64,000 nucleotides of DNA from Eledone cirrhosa (GCA_964016885.1 OZ024743.1:243412001-243476000), one strand, 5' to 3'. Positions 24,388 through 36,770 are shown, numbered from the stretch's first letter. Translations and numbers: made by a program. The notes: generated from the sequence alone by a model not told the origin.

Positions 24388-24440
24388 ATTTTATTATACA
24401 TATTTCGGATGTACAACAGTACGTCCTCATCAGACAAAAT
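24388..24440 (-). ncRNA. Type I hammerhead motif with intact core, in the single-arm copy of the 20.2-kb element
   Basis: Plus-strand TTTC at 24403-24406 and TCATCAG at 24427-24433. Same stems as the 20350 motif. Confidence 0.8.
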
Positions 24441-24583
24441 ATAATGATACATGACATACCCTGAGATGTTAAATGGTTAAGATTTAATCAAGGTAGTGAT
24501 TACCCGATAGAATATATTACCCGATAGAATATATATATACAATGATATTAAATAAATGGAAACTATATTTATAAAACCATATT

Positions 24584-24648
24584 TATTTTATTATATATAT
24601 TTCAAGGGCAACCAAGACAACATTGGTACGCTTTCATCAGATAAAATA
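24584..24648 (-). ncRNA. Type I hammerhead motif of the 22.7-kb family, with longer stem II
   Basis: Plus-strand TTTC at 24600-24603 and TCATCAG at 24634-24640. Stem II contains ACCAA/TTGGT. Stems I and III conserved. Confidence 0.75.
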
Positions 24649-24758
24649 CAAAGTTTGTTTTATAAATAGAGACATACCCATGAAAATCATACCTTATCAG
24701 TTGGAAATTCACTGGATAGTTATAAACATTTATATTTGTCGGACTTCCAACAAATATA

Positions 24759-24867
<109 letters not shown>

Positions 24868-24872
24868 GTATG

Positions 24873-25605
24873 TTATCTCTTTCTTTTAATTTCGAGTATA
24901 TTTTTTTGACCGGCCACCTACCTGGTGGCAAGGTTGTAAAAGAAAAGAGATTGTCATCCCTTGAATCACAAGAATGTTTTGCAAATGTTGAAGGTGCCAG
25001 CTATCGCAGCCATTTGTAGACTATGAATTAGGGAGCTGCGCTCTTTGTCCGCAAATTCAAGTTCAGTCATACTTTGGTTCAAGCGGGTTGGTATATAACT
25101 CGTAGCTCCAATAATGATGGGTATGAAGCTAAAGGTGTATCTTGGATACTGGATTTGTAAACTCCTCATCAATGGTCCGTAGATGTCCTCCCTCTCCTGT
25201 AATTTTCTGACAACGTTTACATCAAGTGGGCAGCTGATCTCCACAACAGAACACGTTTTCAATATGTGGTCCCAAACAACAATATCAGGCCGGTTGTGCT
25301 TTAATTTGGTGGCAGTTTTTATTTTCAGGTTCCACCAGTATTCCTTAGTGCCATCTGTTTCAATATATTCTTCCTCGTTTGTTGTTAATTTTGTTTTCCG
25401 AAGTGCATTCCAGATGGTTCTAGCTATCCCATCGTGTCTCATGGTGTGGTAGTAGCGAGGTGACATTCTTTCGCAGCTGGCAACAATGTGGCTTACATCC
25501 TCGATCTTTGTTTTACATAGCCTACATTTATTGTCAGCTACCCTTTTGTGCAGCAGATATTTGGTAGGGAGTTCTTGTTCCTGTATTGCATAGAGATATC
25601 CCTCA
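24873..25605 (-). mobile_element. R4-clade non-LTR retrotransposon, 5'-truncated: CCHC knuckle plus restriction-like endonuclease, open frame ending at 24966
   Basis: EGYLYAIQEQELPTK..CRLCKTKIEDVSHIVASC..RHDGIAR..HNRPDIVVWD..EISCP..IPIIIGAT. (TATG)n on both flanks. Confidence 0.9.
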
Positions 25606-26749
25606 TGTATGTATGTATGTGAAGCACAGGCATTGCTTTATATCTGGAGATCTCTCTGCACTTGTCGTCACATGGTACCATGGGCCCAGCACTGTGTCAA
25701 TAATTGTCACAAGTGTAGTGTTAGTACCAGAGTTTTCAAGTCGCTGGCTGGACTAAAAAGTCACACTCGTTCAGCGCATCGGTAGGGGTTCTCCTACATG
25801 GATATAAAGTAGTGGCCGTACTCGAAAACGAGTTGGCAGCCACCATATGTATGTATGTATGTATGTATGTATGTGTATGTATGTATGTATGTATGTATGT
25901 ATATATTTATGTCAGGTCACCAGTTGGTGCTACTGGTAACATGTATCCCAGTACAACCTGTCCCATGGTCGGGTCGTTGGCGACTAAACTGGCAACCCCA
26001 CCAAGGTTTCTTGGTGAGGAGGGTGACTTTGGACATCCTGCAGGACTAAAAACAAAACCTGTCAAAGGGCAAAGGAGCTCTTAAAAGTCAATGGCCATCC
26101 AAAATCACCGGGAGAGATGACCCCTTAGCCTTTGTCAAGGCAGAATTCTAGGAGAAGGAAAACTCTGATATCACACCTGCAACCCTGATGATATCCAATG
26201 ATGTTGACTTGTTCTTCTTTTTGGTAAATATCATCTTGGTTAAGAGAGTGGGACTGGCTTTGTGCAGTGCCTTTGCTCACTATAAAAACTTCACGGCACA
26301 GGCATTGCTTTATATCTGGAGATCTCTCTGCACTTGTCGTCACATGGCACCATGGGCCCAGCACTATGTGTCAATAATTGTCACATGTGTAGTGTTTGTA
26401 CCGGGGTTTTCAAGTCGCTGGCCGGACTGAAAAGTCACACTCGTTCAGCGCATCGGTAGGGGTTCTCCTACATGGATATAAAGTAGTGGCCGTACTCGAA
26501 AACGAGTTGGCAGCCACCATGTATGTATATATATATATATATATTGTCGTGGAGGTGCCACGGCAAAAAAGCACCCAGCACTCACTGTAAATGAGGTTGG
26601 TGTTAGGAAGGGCATCCAGCTGTAGAAATCAAGCCAGAATCAGTTCCTGTCCCACCCTTGCAAGCAGGGAAAAGCGGACGTAAAATGATAAAAATGATGA
26701 TATATAAATATATATGTGTGAATTTTATCAGGTATCTATGTTTTAGTGA

Positions 26750-26848
26750 AGGCGTGTGGGCTGAGTGGTTAGAGAATTGGATTCGCAATCGTGAAGTTCT
26801 GAGTTCGATTCCTGGACCAGGCGATGCGTTATGTCCTTGAGCAAGACA
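26750..26848 (+). mobile_element. tRNA-headed SINE family A head. Fuller copy at 31933-32080, partial copies near 9640, 21380 and 34813
   Basis: A-box GGCTGAGTGG, B-box GTTCGATTCC, then TGTCCTTGAGCAAGACA. No 3' acceptor stem. Confidence 0.8.
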
Positions 26849-26935
26849 TATATATATAATATTAAAGAAACTATTTATAGTTATGTATATACTATACTAT
26901 AAACAACTATAAACAATTATATGTACAAACATTGA

Positions 26936-26989
26936 TAATGCTCTGAGGACTTCAAGCTTAAGTTTGGAAGAAACAATTGTCAGCGATTA
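26936..26989 (+). ncRNA. Minimal type I hammerhead ribozyme motif with GUC cleavage triplet
   Basis: TAATGCT-CTGAGGA(26943-26949)-CTTCAAGCTTAAGTTTGGAA-GAAA(26970-26973)-CAATT-GTC-AGCGATTA. Palindromic stem III ACAATTGT. Confidence 0.8.
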
Positions 26990-27049
26990 AATGTTTTAAA
27001 CATAACTTTGATACTTGTGTAATCTATATATATATATATATATATATAT

Positions 27050-27248
27050 ATAGGAACAAGTAAGACCCCGACGGCTGAGCTCAAGCCGTTTCGACGACTA
27101 ATTCTAAATCCAGTCCAGAATTAGCCGTCGAAACGGCTTGAGCTCAGCCGTCAGGGTCTTACTTGTTCCTATTACCGACTCTACTACCCTAAGTATTGAG
27201 TACTTTGGTGCGTTATGGTCCACCTGGTTCCTTACCACATTTCCTTCG

Positions 27249-27250
<2 letters not shown>
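27050..27250. mobile_element. (TA)n-flanked fold-back element, 56-bp arms, 11-nt loop, sister of 23749-23937
   Basis: Direct reading, 2 arm mismatches. Confidence 0.9.
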
Positions 27251-27295
<45 letters not shown>

Positions 27296-28761
27296 ATTCA
27301 CTATTTTATAATGATTAAATACTCCAATTTATTCTTTGAATTTTTTCTATGAACTTATTTTGGGAGACAGGACATATGTTTGAGATTACCTCAATCATGA
27401 CATCCATAACTTTGAATGTAATATATATAATATATATATATATCATTTAATATTCTTTTTCCTTGCTAGCATGGGTTGCACAAGTCATCACAGGGCAATC
27501 TGGCATTTAATTGGGGCTTCTCACTTCCATATGTTCTTGCACTCTACAGAGTGTACTGTGCATTTTATTGTATCAGCAGCACTAAGGAGGTTATCATGTC
27601 TTTGAGACAACTGAAGAGTCCTCTCAACCTATTGTTTGGCAAGTTATCTATGGCTGAATGCTCTTTCTACCAACTTCTTTACAGAATGTACTCTATGTGT
27701 GTGTGTCTTTTATCATGGCATCAGCACTAGAGAGGTTGCTGTGCCCTTGCCACAATTGAAAAGTTCTTTCAACCCTTTTTGGCATGCGTTTTACAGCCGA
27801 ATGCCATTCCTAACACCAACCATACATATATATGTATGTTATGTCAGCTCCCTCTTCAGCACTACTGGTAACATGTAACCCAGTACAATTTGTGCATGGT
27901 AGCTACTTGAACAGCTTTGGTACTTGGTGAGGAAGGCGAATTTGGACATCCTGTGGGATGAAAAACAAAACCCGCCAGAAGGCAAAGGATCTCAGGAGAG
28001 TTAACGGCCATCCAATAAGGTTTTTTTTTTTTTGTGGAGCAAGATATAAAATCTGAGACTTTATTTGCATCCAATGATGTAGACCATTCTTCTTTTTGGG
28101 CAAATGCATTCGATGTTCAGATAGTGAGATTGGCTCCGTGTAAAGCCTTTCCTCACTTAAAAAAGCTTCAAACACAGGCATCGCTTGATGTGTGACATTT
28201 TTTGCAATGCTTGGTATTGGTGGCCATAGGCAAGTCCCTAGCTGGACTAAAAAGCCATGTCTGTGATGCTCATGCTTAAGTATCAAGTGATGGCATTACT
28301 CGAAATCAAGTTGTAGCCATCATGAGTATGTATGTGTGTGTACGCATGTACCTATGCACATACATGCAGATGTATATATATATGTATGTATATATATATA
28401 TACATGTATGTACATACATACATATGTATATATATATATATATATATAAATATATATATATATACATACATGTATGTACATACATACTTATCTATGTCCA
28501 TACACTAGTCAAGTTATATGACATAGATTACTAATACTTTTACATCTAACGGTAAGTATACTGAAACCAAATAATAGAACTGCCATGCAGCCATGCTAAT
28601 TGTAGATGTCTTGCTATTAGTTTCACTCTACCAAGAATAATAACCTTTCATTGTATGGATGTTCCAAGAACTTTGTAATAACTTGCTCAGACATGAACTG
28701 TTTATGTACTTACTCTGATAGGTAGATAGCTAGACAGAGAAAGAGAAGGGGAAGGAGATAG

Positions 28762-28810
<49 letters not shown>

Positions 28811-29334
28811 GAAAGAGAGAGAAATGGGGAGATAGATAGATAAAGGATTAGATATGATGATGATGATAGGCGATAGACAGAAGGTTTCTAAAAATATACA
28901 GCATGAATGAATTTACAGACAATAATGAGAATACAGCACAAGTTTGAACAGATTACATAGGTCAAATATAGCTTATAATGTGAATATATATATATAAGAG
29001 AGTATTGAAGTTTGCTTGAAGTATTGTGGAATAATAAGGTAAATTTCTTTAAGTCGTTTGGAAGCCTCGACAATGCAGATGGGTAAATCTCCGGGTAACA
29101 AGATCCGGTGGTGGAGAGAGAGATGTAAGTGGGTGTACGTTGAGATGCGTGGCGTGTATAAGACTGTAACGTGTAGAGGAATGAAGGAAAGAGCGTAAAG
29201 GATAAACATAAAAATAACAACACGAGAAAGAGTTACCTTGGGAGAGATTTAATTGTCCCTATATATTTCGGATTCACATCCATTTCAGATTCACATTTTA
29301 AAAATAAAAATAACAATATATAATATATATATGA

Positions 29335-31850
29335 TGAGCTCTCACGTAATTGTGTTCAATACATGAGTGCCAAAAGATTTTATTTTCCCTTTATTCTACA
29401 TTCTAGTGTTTGTGTCTTCTGTGAGACACTAAACCTGCCCTGCTTTTGCAAACCAGATCGTATCCTTCACACACAAATTGTTAAACAGAAACTGCATTCC
29501 TTTCACCTTGCCTTAGATCACCAAGATCCTCAATCCTTGTGGTGACAAGGCTCCTAATGCCATTCTGATAGGTTTTCTTCTACCTATTACAGGCAGGAGC
29601 ACATTGCTCAAATTCTGATGATTGTATTCCAATATGTTTGATATTATTCTTCAGTTTGTTCTTGTATCTAAGAAGGGGGTCTTCTTACATTTCACACTCC
29701 TGCTTGAAGTTGGCTATAAGTGAGGATTTTAGGTAGTTGTTCATCATTCAGCCTAGCAATATGGTTAGCCCATCTTAATTGACACTTTATTAAGAAGGCC
29801 TTTATTCTTTGTGTATCACATTTATGAAACAACTGTTCATTAGAAACTTTGTGAAACCACAAATATTTCTGAGACATCTCTTGTTGAAAGTATCTAGCTG
29901 TGTAATATGTTTTCTATATGGTGTCCATACAGCAATGTTGAGATGACAACTACACAGAAAATTGAGATTTTGGTTTTTAAACTCAATCTTCTTTCATTCC
30001 ATATCCTTGTTTACAGCTTTCCAAAAGCATTACTAGCCTTGGCGACCCTATTCCCTATTTCATCGTATAGAGAAGCACTAGAATTGATTTTACTTTCTAA
30101 GTATGGGAAAGACTTCACATACTATAAAGCTTGTTTTCCACAAGAATTTTACATGATGGTGCAGTGTATTGGGTCATAGATAGTGTTATGCCCCTTCTTT
30201 TAATAGGTGTTGCTTTGGGCTGATAAATAATTTCTGTCTTTTTAACACTTATTGCTAGGCCAAATGCTTTTGCTGCAGAGGAAAACTGCTCACAACTTCT
30301 TGAGCTTCCCAGAAAGAATTAGCTACTAGAACCGCATCATCTGCAAACAAGAAGTCTAAAAACATTTTTGTTTTAGTAAGGATCTTGACTTTCAATCTTG
30401 CTGATTGAAAAGCCTGCCTGATGTTCTAAATTGAAACAAACCCCATCATTATAGTCCTTGGAGGCATATTCTAGCATCAGAGAAATGTAAATAGCAAGCA
30501 AAACATGGGCTTCAAGCAAAGCAGAATATGTTACGTTCTTGAGATGTTTCCACGATTCTTCAATATTTAGTGTGTATGTTGTGTGTGTGTGTGTGGTGTA
30601 TGTGTGTGTGTGTGTGTGTGTAGGGGGGGGGGGCATGAATGAAGATTTTAGGGTAAACTTTATCTATATACTACTAAAACTCTGTGATTGCTTGCTTACT
30701 TCTCTGTAATGTAAAACAACCAAAAAGGCGCATAATGGGAAAATACTTTGAAAGGAAGTTGACCCTTAAATGGGAATACAAATGGAATAAAAGAAAATAA
30801 ATCGGAGCACGGGTTCCCGAGATATAGGGGTTTTTCCGGATACCTTCATAAACACAGAGAAAGAGATAGGAGTTGTGAGAAAGTAGATTGAAAGAGAGAC
30901 ATGGAGAGGAGACAGAGAAGGAGAATGGAAAAGAGAAAGAGCTGGTGGTGTCGTTGTGTGTATATATATATATATATATATGAGTGTGTGTGTATATATA
31001 TATGTGTGTGTATATATATATATATATGTGCGTGTGTGTCTATGACCTGTGTATATAGATCACAGACACCTACATATATATACACACACACATATACATA
31101 TATATACGTATACACACACACACATTTGTATATATACATACACACATATATGGGCCTTCCACTTTCATTTCACATTATATACACATCAGTGTATATTTTA
31201 ATTAATTAAAAATTATTTTTAAGTGACATGATTTTTAAAATAACTTTTTGAAGTGAACCTGACCCAACAGGTCACAGATGGTCTAGTTTCTCATAAAAGT
31301 TGATAATCTTTGATTCTTTGGAGTTCATGGTTGGGGCATAGCAACCAATTAAGGTTAGGTTAGTGGCATCAGTAAGGTTAAGTTTCAGTGTCATCAAACG
31401 ATCACTCAGCAACTGTGATAAAAAGGCCAATGTATTTGCTATCTTAGCTCTAATAGTGAAACTAACACCTGAAGACTGTATTGCATCTTCTTTTTCCCCT
31501 GACCAGAAGAATGTACAACCCTCTCCTTTCTCCTCAAGTTGTCTATAATCAGGGAGTCAAGTTTAAATTTATGGGATTTTTTTATCTTTGTCTTTGCATA
31601 GCAGATGTTCAGTCAACAGCAGTTAGATGACAGGTCATTATGGGCATGCAAATTTTTAGGGTTCCTTTTTTTTCCCTCTTCCAATTAAGAGAAAACAGTG
31701 CATTGTCTAAACAGACGTGCTTTGTCACCCAGCAGAGGACACAAATAGGTCAATTGCCCATAGGATTTGTGCTAAATGGCCATCACCTGCTGAGCTTGTC
31801 AACTGTGCAGAGTACCTACTAAGGACTACCAGTAGTATCCTCTACCTATT
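29335..31850 (-). mobile_element. Old RTE/BovB-like LINE (APE endonuclease, RT, C-terminal C2H2), disrupted and interrupted by a Helitron
   Basis: FFWSG..SGVSF..SDRLMTLKL..TLIGCYAPT..NFYEK; LLFADDAVLVA; QLRWANHIARLNDEQLPK; VCKSRAGLVSHRRHKH*. The 5' boundary is approximate. Confidence 0.85.
30663..31286 (+). mobile_element. Non-autonomous Helitron carrying internal microsatellites
   Basis: A|TCTATATACTACTAAAA start, subterminal hairpin TGACC-CAACA-GGTCA, CTAG|T end, no TSD. The RTE sequence resumes on both sides. Confidence 0.75.
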
Positions 31851-32789
31851 CCTATCACTGTTACTACATCACCAGTGGACTTTTGATTAAAAATGAACAA
31901 AAACACACACACACATAATTATATATTTATATAGGAGGCACATGGCTTAGTGGTTAGAGCATTGGCCTTGCAATTGAAAGGTTGTGAATTCAATTCTCAG
32001 ACCGGGTGATGTGTTGTTTCCTTGAACAAGACACTTTATTTCACATTGCTCCAGTTTACTCAGCTGTAGAAATGAGATGATAGGGACTGGGGTCCCTATC
32101 ATTCCACTGCAAAGTGGTCGTGGAGGTGCTATGGCAAAAAAGCACCCAGCCCACACTATAAAGTGGACGTGTAGGCGCCACGGCAAAAAAGCACCCAGCA
32201 CTCACTGTAAATGAGGTTGGTGTTAGGAAGGGCATCCAGCTGTAGAAATCAAGCCAGAATCAGTTCCTGTCCCACCCTTGCAAGCAGGGAAAAGTGGACG
32301 TAAAATGAAATGATGATGATGATGATAGCAATCTGAACCACTTTTTCGTATAAAACAGAAAGAACCTCCGAACACGAACTAAATGCGAGACAAACTACAA
32401 CAGAAACACAAACCCTCCATCTCAATTATACTTTTGAAAATCATAAGAACTGTGAAGCCAGTAAAGTAAATAAATATTCTTAAAAGACTCCAGTTACATT
32501 TTCAATTTCTTTTCCTTATACTTTTACCTATGTGGGACATCTTTTTAAAAAAACCTCATTTTCTTATATTTATATATATATTTTGAGGCAAGTTGCGTCA
32601 AGTGACAGTGTCTCACTCAAATAGCGGTGTTTCCGGCTGGTTTTCTAGGGCATCCAGCCATAGAAAACCACCCAGAAATACCCTTACTTGAGTGAGACAC
32701 GGTCACCCGACACAACTTTCAAAATAGGACCCGTCTAACCTATGTTAGCGTGGAAGATGAACGTTAATCGATGATGATGATGATGATGA

Positions 32790-32886
<97 letters not shown>

Positions 32887-32909
32887 AGGATTGGTGCTAT
32901 ATGTGTATG

Positions 32910-33075
32910 TAAAAGGTAAACAGAAATAACAACACAATCAGTACAGTATATGGAAGGGATATATTAGGTTAACGCTTGATATAGCAGGAAGAGGGTCTTA
33001 ACGTTTCAGACTCTAGTCCTTCATCAGAAGAAAGAATGAGAAATAAAATAGATTGAGGGGACGGGCGGGTTGGAA
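32910..33075 (-). mobile_element. Penelope-like pLTR fragment with hammerhead. Related ends at about 15670-15740, 22950-23030 and 33520-33600
   Basis: Shared TATTAG.TT.ACGCT motif next to (TA/TG)n tracts. Confidence 0.65.
32992..33033 (-). ncRNA. Minimal hammerhead ribozyme motif
   Basis: Minus strand CTGATGA-AGGACTAGAGTCT-GAAACGTTA with palindromic stem III AACGTT. Stem I is weak. Confidence 0.7.
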
Positions 33076-33298
33076 TTGGAAAAAATGTCTTTAGATAAAA
33101 ATAACAAGTCCATTCATGTTGATATCTCTTGCAAAACTGTTGGTGCTGGCGTTTTGTGTATGATTTATTTTTTTATAAAAGTAGATGATGGAACGCGTCT
33201 ACCTGAAATGGAAAAAAAAACGTTTTGTAAAAAGAGCTATACTTGTGCACGTGCGTAAGCATGTATATATACATATATATATATATACCAATGATATG

Positions 33299-33359
33299 TA
33301 TTTTATCTGATGAGAACATACCAAAATGTTGGTACCCTTGAAATATATATAATAAAATA
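33299..33359 (+). ncRNA. Hammerhead motif of the 22.7-kb family, base of stem II decayed
   Basis: TATTTTAT-CTGATGA(33307-33313)...TACCAA/TTGGTA...GAAA(33340-33343)-TATATATA-ATAAAATA. Confidence 0.65.
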
Positions 33360-33486
33360 AATATGGTTTTATAAATATAGTTTCCATTTATTAATATCAT
33401 TGATATTATACTCCAGAAAAACTGTAGAGTGCTTCGAATCTGTTATAAATAAATTTGTTGAATAACCAACAAATTAAATATCCCTT

Positions 33487-33519
<33 letters not shown>

Positions 33520-33522
<3 letters not shown>

Positions 33523-34715
33523 AAAACAAAAGACAAAAACAATAACGAAGAGTGCAGTACAAAGTGTTAGTATTAGGTTCACGCTTGAGAGTGGGGGGGG
33601 GGGGGGTATTTCGGGCATCAGGAGAAAAGTGGGAAGGAAAAGAGTTCCGAGGGTGCGAGGGGGAGTGGAAAGACATTAAAGGGGGGGATTAAAAACAGGG
33701 TAAAAAAATTTAAATGAAACAAGTGAAAGGGTGTGAGGCGTGGTGGGTGGATGGAGGGGGGGAGGGTCCGAACAGGGAGGGAGGAAGGTGGTGTGTAGGT
33801 GTACGTGTGTGTGTGTATGTGTGGATGTGAGTGTAAGAGTTTGGGGAAGAACAGGAAGTGGTCAAGAAGGTCAAGGCAGGTGGTGGAGAAGGAAGCGAGA
33901 GAGAAGAGATAGCAGGTAAGGATGATAGCAGTAAGGAGGGTGGCAGACAGAGGTAGGGATGGTCTGTATAAGTGTGCGGAGGTGCGGTGGACAGGAGAGA
34001 AGGTGGCTATGTGTGAAAGGTTGAGGGAGAGGGTGGCTGTGTGTGTGGGGGGGAGGTGTATATTAGTGGAGGTATTAGTAGGATGTGTGTGGTAGGGTGG
34101 GTGTTAGTATTATTAGTGGTGGGGGGGTCGAATATGGGTGTGGAGTGAGTGGTGTATCGGTGTGTACAGGGTGGGTGAGTGTATGTATGCTGGTGTGCGT
34201 TCGTGTGTGTGGTGAGGGGGAAGGTGGGATGTGGATGGGAGTTAGTGGTGGTAGTAGGGTGTGTGAATAGTGTGAGTGTATATATGTACTGGTGTGTGTC
34301 TGTGTGTTGAGGATGTGGGTGCACGTGTGATAGGGGGAGGGGGTGTTAGTATTATTAGTTGTGAGGTGGGCCAAGGGGGTGGGGGTGGCTGGAAGTGGAG
34401 GAGCCGGTGAATCTTGGGAGTGTTTTAGTGGTGTTAGTAGGGGAGGGTGTGTGTGTAGAGGAGGGGGATGGTCGAAGGCTAAAGGAAGAGAGGTGGGGAG
34501 TTCAGACCATGGGGTGTGTGGGTCTGTAGGGTGAAGATGGTGTGTTGTTCGAACCTAAGGCAGGTTGCGGGGGTCCCATGGCATTCGATCAGGCCACAGA
34601 CAGTGAGGTTGTGGGCGGAGTGTCCAGGGGAACCAAAGTGGCGGGTAATGGGGGAACTCCCGCTGAGACGAATATCTCGGAGGTGCTCCTTGAACCGATC
34701 TGCCAGGCGACGTCA
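33520..34715 (-). mobile_element. 5'-truncated Penelope-like element (Neptune-type) with GIY-YIG C-terminal half and a long C/A-rich 3' region
   Basis: See the pseudogene call at 34479-34712. Flanked by (TA)n. Collapsed hammerhead CTGATG-CCC-GAAA at 33621-33609. Confidence 0.85.
34479..34712 (-). pseudogene. GIY-YIG endonuclease C-terminal fragment: RRLADRFKEHLRDIRLSGSSPITRHFGSPGHSAHNLTVCGLIECHGTPATCLRFEQHTIFTLQTHTPHGLNSPPLFL*
   Basis: R..EH, HF...H, E...I and GLN motifs of Penelope-like endonucleases. Absent from the ORF track because it lacks a start codon. Confidence 0.9.
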
Positions 34716-35480
34716 ATGATGACATATATATGAGTGTGAGTGTGTGTGTAAATACAATGTTACTAGTTAAGAGAAGTAAGACACATCATTCAACTTAGTT
34801 CTCTATACTTGTGGAGGCACATCGCCTAGTGGTAAGGGTGTTGGACTTACGATATATCACCACTGTAATGTTACATGCTCCTTCCTTGGTTTACTAACTG
34901 TTTACTTACCAGCACAACAACTCTCTCTATATATATTTCACAATTGAGCAATTACCATTAAGAAATGCTTTTCTAAATATGTATATGAAAAATTCCAGTA
35001 AACTTTTCCAGAACTGCTGAATACATCTGGGGCATATCTGATTTGTAGTTATTTTAAGAAAGAAAACGAAATGTTATACTTATTATTAGTAAAATTAATA
35101 GAGTAAGAACAATGTCTTCCACTATTTAGTTTCATCACAGTTTAGATATACTGAGATCAAGTTTTTTCCTAATACTGAGATCATGTTTGCTGTTCACTGC
35201 CAGCAAAGATATCAATTTTAAAATACCTGTCAAGAACTGGGATTAATATGACTATAAAATACCTGACAGATACTAGGGTTAATATAATCCACTATTCATC
35301 TCCCCAGAATTTGAAGCCTTATCCCTTTCTATCATTTACTGTTTTACTGGTTTCAATCATTAGACTATGACCATGCTGGGGCACCATCTTAAGGGCATTT
35401 AGTTGATCTTACATTGACACTCAATACTTATTTTATCGATTTCTTCTTGACAAACTGCTAGAATACAGAACAGAAACATA

Positions 35481-35598
<118 letters not shown>

Positions 35599-35752
35599 AG
35601 TTCATTTTAGGTTTAATCAATACATATAAAATATATATTGATAATCTTTTAATCTTTCTCAGTAAAAATTTATTCACATCTGTTAAGAGCATCAATAATA
35701 TAATATCTTTGTAAACGATAAATGAGGATATATCAATTGAGGAACAAACTAG

Positions 35753-35787
<35 letters not shown>

Positions 35788-35790
<3 letters not shown>

Positions 35791-35875
35791 TTGTCCCCCA
35801 GTATTTGCGGGGGTTACATTTCTAGAGCACCCGTGAAGAGTGAAAAACTGCAAATATTGGACATGGTCCATAAAA
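35788..35875 (+). mobile_element. Tigger/pogo-like DNA transposon terminal remnant
   Basis: TTGTCCCCCAGTATTTGCGGGGGTTACATT resembles Tigger-type termini. No partner end found. Confidence 0.45.
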
Positions 35876-36770
35876 ATGTCAAAACATAACGTAAAATATA
35901 GCTGATGAACCCAGTTTTTTATGCTTCTTGTTCTGACCTCATTAACAATATTATTAAACCCCCCTAGACAGTCCACTCTCACCTATGTCAAATCATGTGA
36001 CAGGTCATAACACCATATTTCAACAATGTTGATATGTGGGAAAGATATTTAATGACTTATTTATTAATCACAGGAAATTATTACACATTTAATTTAATTA
36101 TACAAAAATTATACAAAATTGTGGGAAGCTGTGATCCTTTAAGGTCCAGTAATGCACTTCACTGAGATGTGCACCCTAATTGGCAGTTTAGTTGGCCTTA
36201 ATGGTAGTACAAACCCAGGTTATCCATAAATGTGTAATGTTAAATGGAGCAAGGTGATCAATATCTTGTTTCATTAATCCTACTTATGTTTAATGTAATC
36301 TGAATGTAAACAAGTGTTAATAAATATCAGAAGATATTTAATTCCATACACTAATGTTTCTGCCATTTCACCAACCACAAGTACCAGTAATAACTGTTGT
36401 TTAAATTTCTGACTTTAAAACAGTTTGTCATTTTAATTTCACATGAGACATTTGCAAATAATTTTTCATTTGATAACCAAGACAATAAGTTTGGGAAACA
36501 ATGTTTTGGAGAAAGGAAAATCAAAGTCAACCCTAGTAACATTCAAACTCAAAATGATCATTTTGCCACTCTTTCGTTTTTTTTACTGATTATTTTTCCA
36601 TAATTTCCATTGACTTTCAATATCCTGCACTTCTTTATGCAGCTGTCATCTTCCATGCACACCAAATGTCCATACCAGAGCAGTCTCCTCTCCTGTATAC
36701 TGCATCTGATCCCTCTTATGGTCAGCTTTTCTCTCACTTCATTAATGCTTCATCATTCATGCACACTATT

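Noticed and set aside
26750-26822. tRNA gene
   Set aside because: A and B boxes are present but there is no acceptor stem, and it runs into a SINE body seen in other copies.
29237-29283. Alternative STIL first exon MDVNPKYIGTIKSLP(R), phase 2
   Set aside because: Phase-compatible, but it needs a 20-kb intron spanning another same-strand gene candidate and the CpG step. Unresolved without RNA data.
33178-33210. Hammerhead-like GATGATG-GAACGCGTC
   Set aside because: Both core boxes are mutated and there is no stem II. At most a dead remnant.
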